Source: an uncultured Nitrospiraceae bacterium
GTDB taxonomy: Bacteria > Nitrospirota > Thermodesulfovibrionia > Thermodesulfovibrionales > Dissulfurispiraceae
Length of the DNA: 64,000 nucleotides
Reading direction: 5' to 3'
Assembly (NCBI GenBank): GCA_963705105.1
Contig: CAVPIW010000012.1
Span: 192,001-256,000 of the forward strand
Both the position numbers and the translations under genes were made by a program. The notes under the pieces were generated by a model. That model did no database searches. It was not told the origin of the DNA and saw only the letters and a list, made by a program, of their open reading frames with translations. Within the stretch, counting starts at the first letter, position 1. Every line of letters starts with the position of its first letter. Positions 9,180 to 18,791 of this stretch are shown one piece after another.

Positions 9180-9730
9180 CAGTCCTTTTCCCTTTCCTGC
9201 ATCCCCTCAAGGAGCCGGACCACACGCCTCAGAATCATGTCAGGCAGAGAGTCCCTGTTCTTAAGTGTCACATTGAGGAGTTCAACATCCTCTCTGCCTT
9301 TGATCCGCCTGAAGAACTCATCACCGCCCAGCGAGATCGTGCCCACAACGATATTCGGTGAATCGAGGGCCGTGAGCACCGCTTTCTTGAATGCACGAGA
9401 GAAACATTCCATTTTGCCGATTTCATCGATGACGATGATGTGATCGTTGCGCGGCACCAGTGAGGGAACGGCGATCGTCTCGATATTTTCCATGCTGACC
9501 CCGTAAATGCGGACGCGAAAATCAGAGGGGATGTCGCGGTGTGCGAGGTAGCCCTCTCTGCCGTCAAGGGTCTTCATGACAAATCCGGCCCTCTCGCCTG
9601 CCACCCGTTCTTCCCCGGTGTAAAAACCGGCGGCGGGATGGCGCAGCAGCGCGATCACTTTCTTGATGACTGTTGTTTTGCCGGACGAAGGAGTTCCGGT
9701 GAGAAGGATGTTTTTCCTGAGATCAGACAT
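9179..9730 (-). CDS. THEP1-type nucleoside triphosphatase
   Basis: LTGTPSSGKTT, GFYT.E, IVIDEIGKME. Confidence 0.9.
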   Translation of the reverse strand: MSDLRKNILLTGTPSSGKTTVIKKVIALLRHPAAGFYTGEERVAGERAGFVMKTLDGREGYLAHRDIPSDFRVRIYGVSMENIETIAVPSLVPRNDHIIVIDEIGKMECFSRAFKKAVLTALDSPNIVVGTISLGGDEFFRRIKGREDVELLNVTLKNRDSLPDMILRRVVRLLEGMQEREKD

Positions 9731-9745
9731 TTGCTGTGCTTAATC

Positions 9746-10085
9746 TTGCATGAAGAAGGCGGGGTGAACGCGCCACTTATAAACAGTAGACAGAATACAG
9801 AAGGCATTAGACAATAGACAGCAGGCAAAGACAGAAACCGGACGACAAACACACCGACGGGGAGGCTGATGTGGCGAAAAGCCTTTCCTCTAAGATACCT
9901 TGTTGATCCCCAGACCACACTTTGCCGTGTCGATTGTAGACAAAAGCCCGTCAGGCAACAGACTCTTAACACCTGGAGATGTCTCATCATCGCATTGGAA
10001 AGGCTTTGAACCATATCTGCCTCCCCGTCGGAAACATTCCTTCAGCAAGGCTTTTCGGCGCCTTCGCCCCGCCTTTCCGGAAGGA
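9746..10085 (+). repeat. Composite intergenic hairpin element: outer arms, 7-nt array and inverted type-B hairpin
   Basis: TTGCATGAAGAAGGCGGGG...CGCCCCGCCTTTCCGGA; 7-mer array CAGTAGA/CAGAATA/CAGAAGG at about 9784-9836; inner hairpin 9859-10026 homologous to 27823-27990 and 41424-41589. Confidence 0.85.
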
Positions 10086-10442
10086 TCATGGGGACTGACG
10101 GGATGATGCCTGCTCCGCCCGGCGGAGTATATGGACGGCTTCACCGCAGGACCTGCAGGGGAAGAGTTTCACGACCATCGCATCGAGGGGATGGCGAGTC
10201 TTTTTCTCTTCTTCCCCCAGGAGCATAGCGATGAACTCCCTGTGCGCTTCTTTTTCGCTATCAGCAGTCGCTTTATATTCCCATACCGTCTTCAGAGGGA
10301 AGAGGCCCGCAATCATCTTGATGACCCTGATGCTGTGCTCGGGGGTATTCGCAACAGAGACAAGCACCTTTTCCCTGTTATCGAACCGTATCTGGAAGAA
10401 GCAGTGCCGCTCCGTGTTTTTATAGGCTATGACCTTGCTCAT
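10086..10442 (-). CDS. Hypothetical protein
   Basis: 118-aa ORF with protein-like composition and TAAGGT upstream of the ATG; no family recognised. Confidence 0.65.
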   Translation of the reverse strand: MSKVIAYKNTERHCFFQIRFDNREKVLVSVANTPEHSIRVIKMIAGLFPLKTVWEYKATADSEKEAHREFIAMLLGEEEKKTRHPLDAMVVKLFPCRSCGEAVHILRRAEQASSRQSP

Positions 10443-10453
10443 ATGGATTTACC

Positions 10454-10510
10454 TTATCGTTGCAATACACTTCCGGGAAAGGCGGGGCGTATGCGCCGAA
10501 AACCTTGCCG
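10454..10510 (-). repeat. Half element: right arm plus tail of the hairpin family
   Basis: Reverse complement reads CAAGGTTTTCGGCGCATACGCCCCGCCTTTCCCGGAAGTGTATTGCAACGATAA. Confidence 0.85.
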
Positions 10511-10560
10511 ATATTTTAGTAAAAGCAGCGAAGCACGTGCAACCCTGGTGCGGCGAACCC

Positions 10561-11064
10561 TCACTTCTTCACGCCATAGCCGACCGATGTCACCATGAAG
10601 GTGTCCGTGCCGTTGGGCCTGCTCACCACGACTTCATCCCCCTCGGTCTTGTGCAGTAGCGCCCTTGCCATGGGGGAATCGATGCTGATATATCCCTTCT
10701 TCGCATCGAATTCGTCGGGCCCGACAATGCGGTAGCGGAACAGGTTGCCGTCTGCGTCCTCGAGCTCGACCCAGGCGCCGAAGAATATTTTCGACCTGTC
10801 GGCAGGCGGCCTGTCGACGACGATCAGTTCGTCCAGCCTTTTGGCGAGATACCGGACCCGTGCATCGATCTGCCGCAACTGCTTCTTGCCGTAAATATAC
10901 TCCGCGTTCTCCGAACGGTCCCCCATGGCCGCGGCTTCTGCAACGGCCTGCGTGACCTGGGGACGCTTCACCTTCCAGAGAAAGGAGAGTTCATCGCATA
11001 GAAGCGTTCGCCCCTCGGGGGTGATATACCGGGAGGTATGCGCTTTATGACGGGACCGTTGCAT
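10561..11064 (-). CDS. greB: Transcription elongation factor GreB
   Basis: [47 protein letters not shown]. Confidence 0.93.
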   Translation of the reverse strand: MQRSRHKAHTSRYITPEGRTLLCDELSFLWKVKRPQVTQAVAEAAAMGDRSENAEYIYGKKQLRQIDARVRYLAKRLDELIVVDRPPADRSKIFFGAWVELEDADGNLFRYRIVGPDEFDAKKGYISIDSPMARALLHKTEGDEVVVSRPNGTDTFMVTSVGYGVKK

Positions 11065-11172
11065 GCCCTGCTAACCTCTTCATGACATCTCGCAGCAATA
11101 TATTTTTCCGACTTTTTCTCTTTCCCCGGGGTCGTCTCTTGCAACCCTGACAGCATAACCCCCGAAACCTGC

Positions 11173-12468
11173 TCAATGTGTCGATTCCTCTTTCAGGAAA
11201 GCAGGAACAAACATGTTAATGAAGTAGAACAGCACGAACGGCGTTGCAATAACCGCAAGGGCGCCAAAGAGTCCTTCCTTGAATGTCTCAAGATTATGCG
11301 GAATCACCGGCAGATGATAATCCATGAACCCTGAAAAACTTAACGAAAATGCCTGCCCACCGATAACGACATTGTAACGCATCATGAACACGCCGAACAG
11401 AACCAGCACGGTGGCAATGGTTGTGCGCCGTACCGTGCGCCCCGGCAGTATCATCATGATAAAAGGAATGAGGTTGCCGATCGTATACTGCAGGATGAAT
11501 ATCTTGAAGAAGTCGCGCTCCATGATGACTTCGCGCAGAATATCCCAGGACTTGACCTGAGTGTAACCGCGGAAGATAAGGTCCAGTATTTCAAGGGTTA
11601 TGGCGGCGATCATGAAATAGAGCAGGTAATTGGAGGAGATCATGACTTCCGTGTGTTTTGCAGCTTCAAGCTCCTCTGCGTTGGGCGCATCCGCATCTTT
11701 GGCCCAGCGGGCCATTTTGCTTCTTGCCATGTACTTGCGAATTTCCTGTACGATCACGTACGAGAGAATACAGAGGGCAACTCCCGAAACAACGGCTGAA
11801 CAGATAAAAATAACCGGCATCAGCGGGGTCATCCAGAGGGCATTCGCCTTGACCGAGCCGAAGATGAAACCGGCGTAACCGTGCAGGAAGCAGGCAACGG
11901 GGATCCCGATTGCGGCCATGATCTTGCAGGCTTTATGATCCTTTTCCACGGCCTCGCGGCTGATATCCCAAGCGCCCAGCGTCAGCGCCTTGAAAACCAT
12001 CATGCGGAAGTTGTCTGTGACGGTGCGGTTCTGCTTTGCCATCAGACCCTTTGCCGTTTCAACGAAATATTTGCGGTATGACAGCCAGATTTCGCTCGCA
12101 ACAATTGAAGCGTAGGTCAGAAACACAATGCCGAACGCCGAAATGGCCGACGTAAAATGCGGCGTCATCAGAACATTGATGCCCCGGAATGGCTGTTGCA
12201 GATGGAGCAACAAGGGCATCATGGCCGCCGGCAGCAGGGCAAACGAGAATACCAGGGAAAACCGGGCGATCTCCTTCAGTTTTTCAACGCCAAAGACGTG
12301 ATACAGGGAAGAGAGAACAAAGGCCCCGGCCACGAGGCCTGTCATGAACGGGTACATGACGATCTGGATCGACCAGTAGATGTACTCATTCGGCAGGGTG
12401 AACAATTCCTTGACCGTCCATGATTCTCCGTGAACTTCCATTGCGAGTTGAGCGATTTGTCCAACCAT
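11173..12468 (-). CDS. NrfD/PsrC-family membrane quinol-interacting subunit
   Basis: W..QIVMYPFMTGLVAG, LHLQQPFR, HGYAGFIFG, RYNVVIGGQ; many transmembrane segments. Confidence 0.88.
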   Translation of the reverse strand: MVGQIAQLAMEVHGESWTVKELFTLPNEYIYWSIQIVMYPFMTGLVAGAFVLSSLYHVFGVEKLKEIARFSLVFSFALLPAAMMPLLLHLQQPFRGINVLMTPHFTSAISAFGIVFLTYASIVASEIWLSYRKYFVETAKGLMAKQNRTVTDNFRMMVFKALTLGAWDISREAVEKDHKACKIMAAIGIPVACFLHGYAGFIFGSVKANALWMTPLMPVIFICSAVVSGVALCILSYVIVQEIRKYMARSKMARWAKDADAPNAEELEAAKHTEVMISSNYLLYFMIAAITLEILDLIFRGYTQVKSWDILREVIMERDFFKIFILQYTIGNLIPFIMMILPGRTVRRTTIATVLVLFGVFMMRYNVVIGGQAFSLSFSGFMDYHLPVIPHNLETFKEGLFGALAVIATPFVLFYFINMFVPAFLKEESTH

Positions 12469-12470
12469 GA

Positions 12471-13244
12471 CTATCGCACCTCCTGGGCAAGACCAATATA
12501 GAAGGCCTGAGGCTTGGTCCCGAATTCATCCTTCAGCACCCCGACCCGCTCGTTCATTATGATCTGAGTGATCGGGTCATTGATATCGTGAATATTTCCC
12601 ATCCTGCGGGCGCCGAAAGGGCAGGCATTGACACAGGCCGAGTCCAGCCCTTTACTCAGACGGTGATAGCAGAAGGTGCACTTATCGGCAACGTGCAGAA
12701 CGGGATGGAAAAAACGTGCCGCATAAGGGCAGGCCATGATGCAATAGCCGCAACCGATACACCATTCCCGGTCCACCAGAACGACTCCGTCATCAGTCTT
12801 ATAGGTAGCGCCGACGGGACAGACCTGTGTACAAGCGGGGGCGGAACAGTGATTGCAGAGTTTGGGGACAAAAAAAGCTTTCCCTACGTTATGGGGGTCG
12901 ATCTCCTTGAATTTACCCCGGCCCAGATCAATGCGGGATTCGGTGAATCCGTACAGAGCGGCTTTAGGACTGTCCACATAGCGCTTGTCGTCCTTCGTGT
13001 ACACATAGCGTTCCACCCAGGTCCGTGAAACGTTTGCATTCAAGGGAATGTCGTTCTCGGTCTTGCAGGCCATGACGCAGAAACCGCAGCCGACGCACTT
13101 GTTGGTATCGACCAGGAATGCCCATTGAATATCGGGATCGGCGGCCAACAACTTTTGGGGATCAATCAGTTTCAAGGCCGAGAGGGGAACTGAGGCGCCG
13201 GCAATGACCATAATGCATTTCTTGATAAAATCACGCCTCTTCAT
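12471..13244 (-). CDS. Tat-exported 4x[4Fe-4S] protein (NrfC-like)
   Basis: MKRRDFIK twin-arginine signal; CVGCGFC, CNHC..PAC, CIGCGYC, CTFC; ATGA overlap with the cytochrome gene. Confidence 0.92.
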   Translation of the reverse strand: MKRRDFIKKCIMVIAGASVPLSALKLIDPQKLLAADPDIQWAFLVDTNKCVGCGFCVMACKTENDIPLNANVSRTWVERYVYTKDDKRYVDSPKAALYGFTESRIDLGRGKFKEIDPHNVGKAFFVPKLCNHCSAPACTQVCPVGATYKTDDGVVLVDREWCIGCGYCIMACPYAARFFHPVLHVADKCTFCYHRLSKGLDSACVNACPFGARRMGNIHDINDPITQIIMNERVGVLKDEFGTKPQAFYIGLAQEVR

Positions 13245-13735
13245 GATTGCAGATCCTCCAGTTTCGGGTTGTGCGGGTTGTGACACATGACGCATTCTAT
13301 GCCGGTGTTGTGACTCTTCGGGTCTATGCCGGGGATACGCTTGCGTTCGCTAGTCGTATAGGGGAGGCTGGTGTGGCAGCGAAGGCAAAGCTCGCGGCTG
13401 CGGTCGATAGCAAGTTTTTCCGGCGCTTCCGGGTGGTTGAGCACCGGCCCGTGACAATCCTCGCAGGGAATGATGCCATGCAGTCTTTCGGTGCGGACCT
13501 TGACCACATCGCCGTGACAGTCATTGCAGTATTCGTGCATTTTCTGCTGGCCGGTGACGCCATATTTCGCCGGTTGATTCTTCCACTCCATTACATTGGA
13601 CTTGCGGTGGTAGGAATACATGAAGCCTCGCTTTCCGGAAATGAAGTCGTTCGGGACATAGAAGAAACGAAACACCAGCAGAGCAGCGACAAAAGCAATG
13701 ACCACATACAATGGTCGCCAGACGTGACTTTTCAC
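13241..13735 (-). CDS. Membrane-anchored tetraheme cytochrome c
   Basis: N-terminal transmembrane helix; CNDCH, CEDCH, CLRCH, CVMCH. Confidence 0.9.
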   Translation of the reverse strand: MKSHVWRPLYVVIAFVAALLVFRFFYVPNDFISGKRGFMYSYHRKSNVMEWKNQPAKYGVTGQQKMHEYCNDCHGDVVKVRTERLHGIIPCEDCHGPVLNHPEAPEKLAIDRSRELCLRCHTSLPYTTSERKRIPGIDPKSHNTGIECVMCHNPHNPKLEDLQS

Positions 13736-13771
13736 TCTTTTACTCCCCCATTGACGTCGTGGTTAGCGTTT

Positions 13772-13825
13772 GGCGCATACACCCCGCCTTTCCCCCGAAA
13801 GCGTATGCAACGATAAGGTAAATCT
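13772..13825 (+). repeat. Half element: right arm plus tail
   Basis: GGCGCATACACCCCGCCTTTCC..GCGTATGCAACGATAAGGTAAATC; tail matches the 10454 copy. Confidence 0.75.
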
Positions 13826-14814
13826 ATACTATTAAAATAGTGCAAGAGGCAGCTTATGTCAATTATGCACGATAGAGTCATTTTCTTACGGCATGATGAG
13901 GGCAGACAAGAAGCATTCCCTATACCGACTATTCGATCGTTGACTTGTCTCTGTCGATGAGGATTCTTGAGGATTGGCGGCATTGAAAAGAGAGGTGGGC
14001 GCGCGCATTGCCTAATTGAGGGAAAAGGCGGTAACAATGAGGTAGCAACAAAGACAAAGCTTGAACAACCTGCGTCTGATACGTGGAAGCTGCTTTATTT
14101 CCAGTTTGTTCAGCCCTTTCTGGCCTTTCCCATCCAAGAATATTAAGAAATCGACGATTCGTCTTAGTTGCCCTCCATATGAACTCCCACTGAACCGCGA
14201 CGAATGGTTCGGATGCGATATGTCAGGTTGCGGCAACTTCTGCAGAGGTACCTCGCGTTTAAGGACGGCAAATAGAGGGGATTCCCGGTTTGGACAAGAG
14301 GAGATTCATAATTTCTTCACACCTGTCTGATTAAATGAAACATAAAAACACTTGACCTTGTGAGGACTCAAAAGATGGGACGAGTCAATAACCTTACAAT
14401 CCTCTTTATCTTCACAGCCTTTTTTTGAATACCTCTCAAATCAGGTTCTGCCCTTTTATGGGAGATCTTTCTTGTCTACTGCATAATTCAGTACATAGTA
14501 ATGAACAGCGATTAACCGACCCTCCCTACACCCCCTGTCTTTTTATTATTGATCCGTACCAGACGATCGATTGCCCTTCTACCTCGGCCGGATCATGATT
14601 CGCCCATCTTGCTGACACTCAATGCGGCCGGATTGACAACGCATAAAAGTCTGATATACTTCGATTAGGAGATACGGGTTACGAGATGCCTCAACATGAT
14701 GGGACACGCCGATGCGTCCATGCCCGCCATAGACCTGCTGACGGCGGCGATGGCCGACATGGCCAAACAGACAAAACACTTCAGTATCCTCCATAAAAGA
14801 AAGGAGAGTATCCC

Positions 14815-15636
14815 TTGCCGACGATCACAACACAAGACGGCACGCAGATCTATTACAAGGACTGGGGATCGGGACAGCCCGTCGTCTTCAGCCACGGCTG
14901 GCCTTTGAGCGGGGACGCCTGGGAAGACCAGATGTTCTTTCTGGCCTCCCGCGGATACCGGTGCATTGCTCATGACCGCAGGGGCCATGGCCGATCGAGC
15001 CAGCCCTGGACCGGCAATGACATGGACACCTATGCTGACGACCTGGCGGCGCTCGTCGAAGCGCTCGACCTGAAAAATGCGATCCATGTCGGTCACTCCA
15101 CGGGCGGCGGCGAAGTCGCACGGTATATTGGTCGCTACGGAACGAAGCGTGTGGCCAAGGCCGTCCTGATCGGCGCCGTCCCGCCTTTGATGCTGAAGAC
15201 TGCGGCGAACCCTGGCGGACTGCCTATGGAGGTCTTCGACGGTATCCGTGCCAATGTCCTTGCCGACCGCTCAAAGTTTTTCAAGGAGCTGACTATACCT
15301 TTCTATGGATACAACAGGCCTGGCGCAAGAATATCGGAAGGTGTTCGCGAGTCGTTCTGGCTTCAGGGTATGATGGCGGGCTTCCCTGCTGCCTATTTCT
15401 GCATTAGGGCCTTTTCTGAGACGGATATGACCGAGGATCTGAAGAAGATGGACGTACCGACCCTGTTCCTTCATGGCGACGACGATCAGATCGTGCCGAT
15501 CGCCGACTCGGCCATGCTTGCCGTCGACCTCGTCAAGAATGGGACGCTCAAAGTTTACAGGGGTGGATCTCACGGCATCTGCACGACCCAGAAGGACGAG
15601 GTCAACGCCGACCTGCTCGCATTCATCAAGGGGTAG
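14815..15636 (+). CDS. cpo: Non-heme haloperoxidase/perhydrolase (alpha/beta hydrolase)
   Basis: [31 protein letters not shown] nucleophile elbow, [15 protein letters not shown] plus TTG start. Confidence 0.9.
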   Translation: MPTITTQDGTQIYYKDWGSGQPVVFSHGWPLSGDAWEDQMFFLASRGYRCIAHDRRGHGRSSQPWTGNDMDTYADDLAALVEALDLKNAIHVGHSTGGGEVARYIGRYGTKRVAKAVLIGAVPPLMLKTAANPGGLPMEVFDGIRANVLADRSKFFKELTIPFYGYNRPGARISEGVRESFWLQGMMAGFPAAYFCIRAFSETDMTEDLKKMDVPTLFLHGDDDQIVPIADSAMLAVDLVKNGTLKVYRGGSHGICTTQKDEVNADLLAFIKG

Positions 15637-15692
15637 AAGCTGACCACAGGCAGCGCATATTGAACAGGGGGAAGGGTCTTTACCTTTCAGTC

Positions 15693-15890
15693 GCGTGAAA
15701 AGGCTGGGCGAAACGCCTCAAAGCCTTGCTGAAGGCGACGATGAGCATTGTTCGGTTCGTGTTTCAGGATTCAACTGTCCCTGTGATCGACCTCGGCTCG
15801 AAACGGTATCTTCTGTGAGGTTAATGGTGTCGCCGCATCAAGGTTTTCGGCGCATACGCCCCGCCTTCCCGGATGGCGTATGCAACGATA
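15693..15890 (+). repeat. Complete type-A hairpin element
   Basis: Left arm AAAGGCTGGGCGAAACGCCTCAAAGCCTTGCTGAAGGCGAC pairs with right arm GTCGCCGCATCAAGGTTTTCGGCGCATACGCCCCGCCTT; tail TATGCAACGATA. Confidence 0.88.
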
Positions 15891-15926
15891 CGGTTTATTG
15901 TAAGCAGAAAAAGAGAGGAGACAGTC

Positions 15927-16694
15927 ATGAAATCGCTTCGGGTATCAAGAATTGCAGGTATGAGGTTATTTGTTCTTATCTTGTTCTCAGTCGCAGTGTT
16001 TGTGATCCATGCCGGCCCTGCGGACGCTCAGCAGGCGGGCTCCATGACCACAAAGGAGACCGGGAAGCCCCTTCTGGATCCCGCGGACACGGTGATGCTC
16101 TTTCTCGACCATCAATCAGGTCTGTTCCAGACGGTAAAGGACATCAGCGTGGCCGAGTTGCGGACCAACACTATTGTCCTGGCGAAGCTGGCGACTTTGC
16201 TGAAGATTCCCGTCATCACGACCGCCTCGGAGCCGAACGGTCCGAACGGCCCTCTCATGCCCGAGATTCACCAGTTCGCCCCGCACGCGGTCTACGTGGC
16301 CCGCAAGGGTGAAGTGAACGCGTGGGAAAACGAGGATTTTGTCAGGGCGGTCCGCGCAACCGGCAAGAAGACCCTGATCATGTCCGGCGTCTGGACGAGC
16401 GTCTGCGTCATGTTTCCGGCGCTGGACGCGAAGGCGGAGGGTTTCAGGGTCTACGCAGTGATCGATGCTTCCGGCGACCCGAGCGAGATGGTTTCGAGAA
16501 CGACCCTTGCCCGCTTCACCCAGGCCGGTGTGATCCCGACCAGCACCAACGCGGTGCTCAGTGAAATTCACCGGACCTGGAACCGGCCCGAAGCGGCAGA
16601 GCTCGCAAAGCTGTATGCAACGGTGGCGCCAAACTACGAAGCCCTTATAGAGAGCTATCAGAAGGCGCAGGACGTCATCAGGCAGAAAAAGTAA
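15927..16694 (+). CDS. Isochorismatase-family (YcaC-like) cysteine hydrolase with probable signal peptide
   Basis: LDHQSGL, NGPLMPE, GEVNAW, TSVCV catalytic Cys, DASG; hydrophobic N-terminus ending ADA; GAGGAG RBS. Confidence 0.88.
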   Translation: MKSLRVSRIAGMRLFVLILFSVAVFVIHAGPADAQQAGSMTTKETGKPLLDPADTVMLFLDHQSGLFQTVKDISVAELRTNTIVLAKLATLLKIPVITTASEPNGPNGPLMPEIHQFAPHAVYVARKGEVNAWENEDFVRAVRATGKKTLIMSGVWTSVCVMFPALDAKAEGFRVYAVIDASGDPSEMVSRTTLARFTQAGVIPTSTNAVLSEIHRTWNRPEAAELAKLYATVAPNYEALIESYQKAQDVIRQKK

Positions 16695-16876
16695 GGGTGC
16701 GCTGCATTGGATGGCAGGAGGCCTTGGGGTCAGACTTGCGAATTGCATGAGGCATTTAATCGTGCTAATATAATCGCTTTGCGTGGATGGACTATGCCCT
16801 GACACCCAGCGCGAGGAAAGCGAGCCGGAGGCCTCTGATCCGGAGAGTCTCCGGTACGATTAATAAACAATCTTCA

Positions 16877-18199
16877 TCATCTCAGATACGCCACCGCATC
16901 TTCGAGACCTAATCCAAGCCATTCCACGCGGTAACCGGAATATCCGCTCAGGAGGCCCCGTGCCTTTCTTTGTAATGAACTGATATCGGTCTTTGACTTG
17001 CTGAGCTTGACGTCGGCAAGCACCATCTCCTTCTTCAGGTCGTTCAGTGCCACGACGTCGATCTCATTATGGTTGCCTCTTTCCCAGTACGAGCCGATCA
17101 CGTTATAACGTCCGGTTTCGGCAAAGAGTTGCTGAAAGAATCTCTCGAGTATCCTGTCGGAATAGGTGTCGTAATCCCGATCGACGATTTTCCGTACATA
17201 TGCAAAATTGCCCGTTTCAGCAGCAGAACGGTTCCTCAGGATAAAGCGAAACCAGAAGTTCAGGAAATTGTCAGCGAGCCTGTACTTTTGAAGCCTCGAG
17301 TTGGGCTTCGCGCCGACGGGTTTGTGTTTTGTGATGAGCGCATAATCGTGCTCGAGCCGCGCGAGATAGGCCCCAGAATGGATTTCGAGGATCGACTCAA
17401 TCTCCGTGCGGGCTGTCTTCCCGGAGGATATTAATTCGAGGATGGAGAAATACATCCCGTATTCCTTTCCGAGTTCTTCGACAAGGAGGTTCCTGCCCTC
17501 ATCGATGAATGGAGAATTGGGGGAAAGGACAAGGTCCATCATCTTTCCGTACGAAAGCGCCGCATGTGAAGTCAGCACATCAAGGTACTTCGGCATGCCG
17601 CCGGTGAGGAGGTAGCAGTCGAAGAGATCTCTCGCCTCTTCAGTCCCGTGGTCGGCAAGGACCACCCGCATGTCGTGGATGGTGAACCCCTTCAGAAAGA
17701 TGATCCTGTCGGCCCTCCCGAAAAGGGGTTCCTTGGCCTCCTCGAAGATTCTGTGCATCAGCGAGTAGACGGAGCCGATGCAGATGAGAAGCATCGTGCA
17801 GCCGAATTTGTTAAGATCCCAAAGGCGCTGCATTTCGGAATAGATGGCCGGATTAATGGTATGAAACTCCTGGAATTCGTCGACAATGAGGACGAAACGC
17901 TCCTTCCTGGCAAGTTCAAGGAGCAGGGCGAAGACATCCCTGAAATACTTGATCTCACCGATGACAGGCAGGGTGAAGTGTTTCCTGATTTCTTCGATGT
18001 ATTCCATGCAGAGCAAATGCTCAGCCTTCTTTGAGACGAAGAAATAGAGGAACTTGCGCTGCTGTGCAAACTCGAGGGCAAGCATGGTCTTGCCCACACG
18101 CCTCCTCCCGGTGATCACGGCCATGCGCGAGGCATCCTTGGCCTGGTCATACAGCGTTGAGAGTTGCTGAAGTTCCTGCGTTCGGTTGTAGAATCTCAC
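16877..18199 (-). CDS. Archaeal-type ATPase with C-terminal DUF234/nuclease-like domain
   Basis: FYNR..EL, GRRRVGKT, IVDEFQE, PLFGR, DNFLNFWFRF, WERG..EIDVVA; GTG start inferred. Confidence 0.85.
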   Translation of the reverse strand: MRFYNRTQELQQLSTLYDQAKDASRMAVITGRRRVGKTMLALEFAQQRKFLYFFVSKKAEHLLCMEYIEEIRKHFTLPVIGEIKYFRDVFALLLELARKERFVLIVDEFQEFHTINPAIYSEMQRLWDLNKFGCTMLLICIGSVYSLMHRIFEEAKEPLFGRADRIIFLKGFTIHDMRVVLADHGTEEARDLFDCYLLTGGMPKYLDVLTSHAALSYGKMMDLVLSPNSPFIDEGRNLLVEELGKEYGMYFSILELISSGKTARTEIESILEIHSGAYLARLEHDYALITKHKPVGAKPNSRLQKYRLADNFLNFWFRFILRNRSAAETGNFAYVRKIVDRDYDTYSDRILERFFQQLFAETGRYNVIGSYWERGNHNEIDVVALNDLKKEMVLADVKLSKSKTDISSLQRKARGLLSGYSGYRVEWLGLGLEDAVAYLR

Positions 18200-18366
18200 G
18201 GCACTGACCTCTGATAGCGATTTATCGTAACAACGGTTACGGTAATTAATATTACGATAAATGCGGGGACATTGCAACGGCTCTCGTAACACTCTCTCCT
18301 TGTGCAGCGCCGCAGGTCCCGATACGATGAATATCTTCGGACTGGCGGCGGAAAGGAACGAGACAG

Positions 18367-18621
18367 ATGCGAGGCGCTTTAAGGAAGGGCGGGATTCAGG
18401 GTTTCCACTTTCATGATCTGCGGCACACGTTTGCGTCGCATTGTGTCATGGCGGGGATAGACATCACGACGGTATCAAAGCTGCTCGGACACAAGAGTCT
18501 TACCATGACCCTTCGGTACAGTCATTTGGCCCCTGATCACCTTCAGAACGCGGTCAGCATGCTGAATCTGACGGGCGAGGCAAAACGAACTGCATATTTA
18601 GTGCATAGTTCGGGGGGATAA
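18367..18621 (+). pseudogene. C-terminal remnant of a phage-type tyrosine integrase
   Basis: FHDLRHTFAS, LLGHKSLTMTLRYSH catalytic motifs; only 84 aa with the N-terminal part absent; ends 35 nt from the tRNA 3' end. Confidence 0.85.
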
Positions 18622-18656
18622 ACGGATGAAAGAGGATTGTAAGATATTGAAAAAAA

Positions 18657-18731
18657 TGGTAGGCACGAGGGGTATCGAACCCCTGACCTCTACCGTGTCA
18701 AGGTAGCGCTCTCCCACTGAGCTACGCGCCT
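18657..18731 (-). tRNA. tRNA-Val (GAC)
   Basis: Reverse complement AGGCGCGTAGCTCAGTGGGAGAGCGCTACCTTGACACGGTAGAGGTCAGGGGTTCGATACCCCTCGTGCCTACCA folds as a cloverleaf with anticodon GAC and encoded CCA. Confidence 0.97.
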
Positions 18732-18791
18732 AACCAAATTGAATTTTAAACCGAGTGACGCCGGTTTTGTCAAGGCAGATGCCCAAGGCCT

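Noticed and set aside
13830..14600. ORFs or ncRNA in the AT-rich gap upstream of the cytochrome operon
   Set aside because: Only short ORFs without RBS or motifs; no structure I can support
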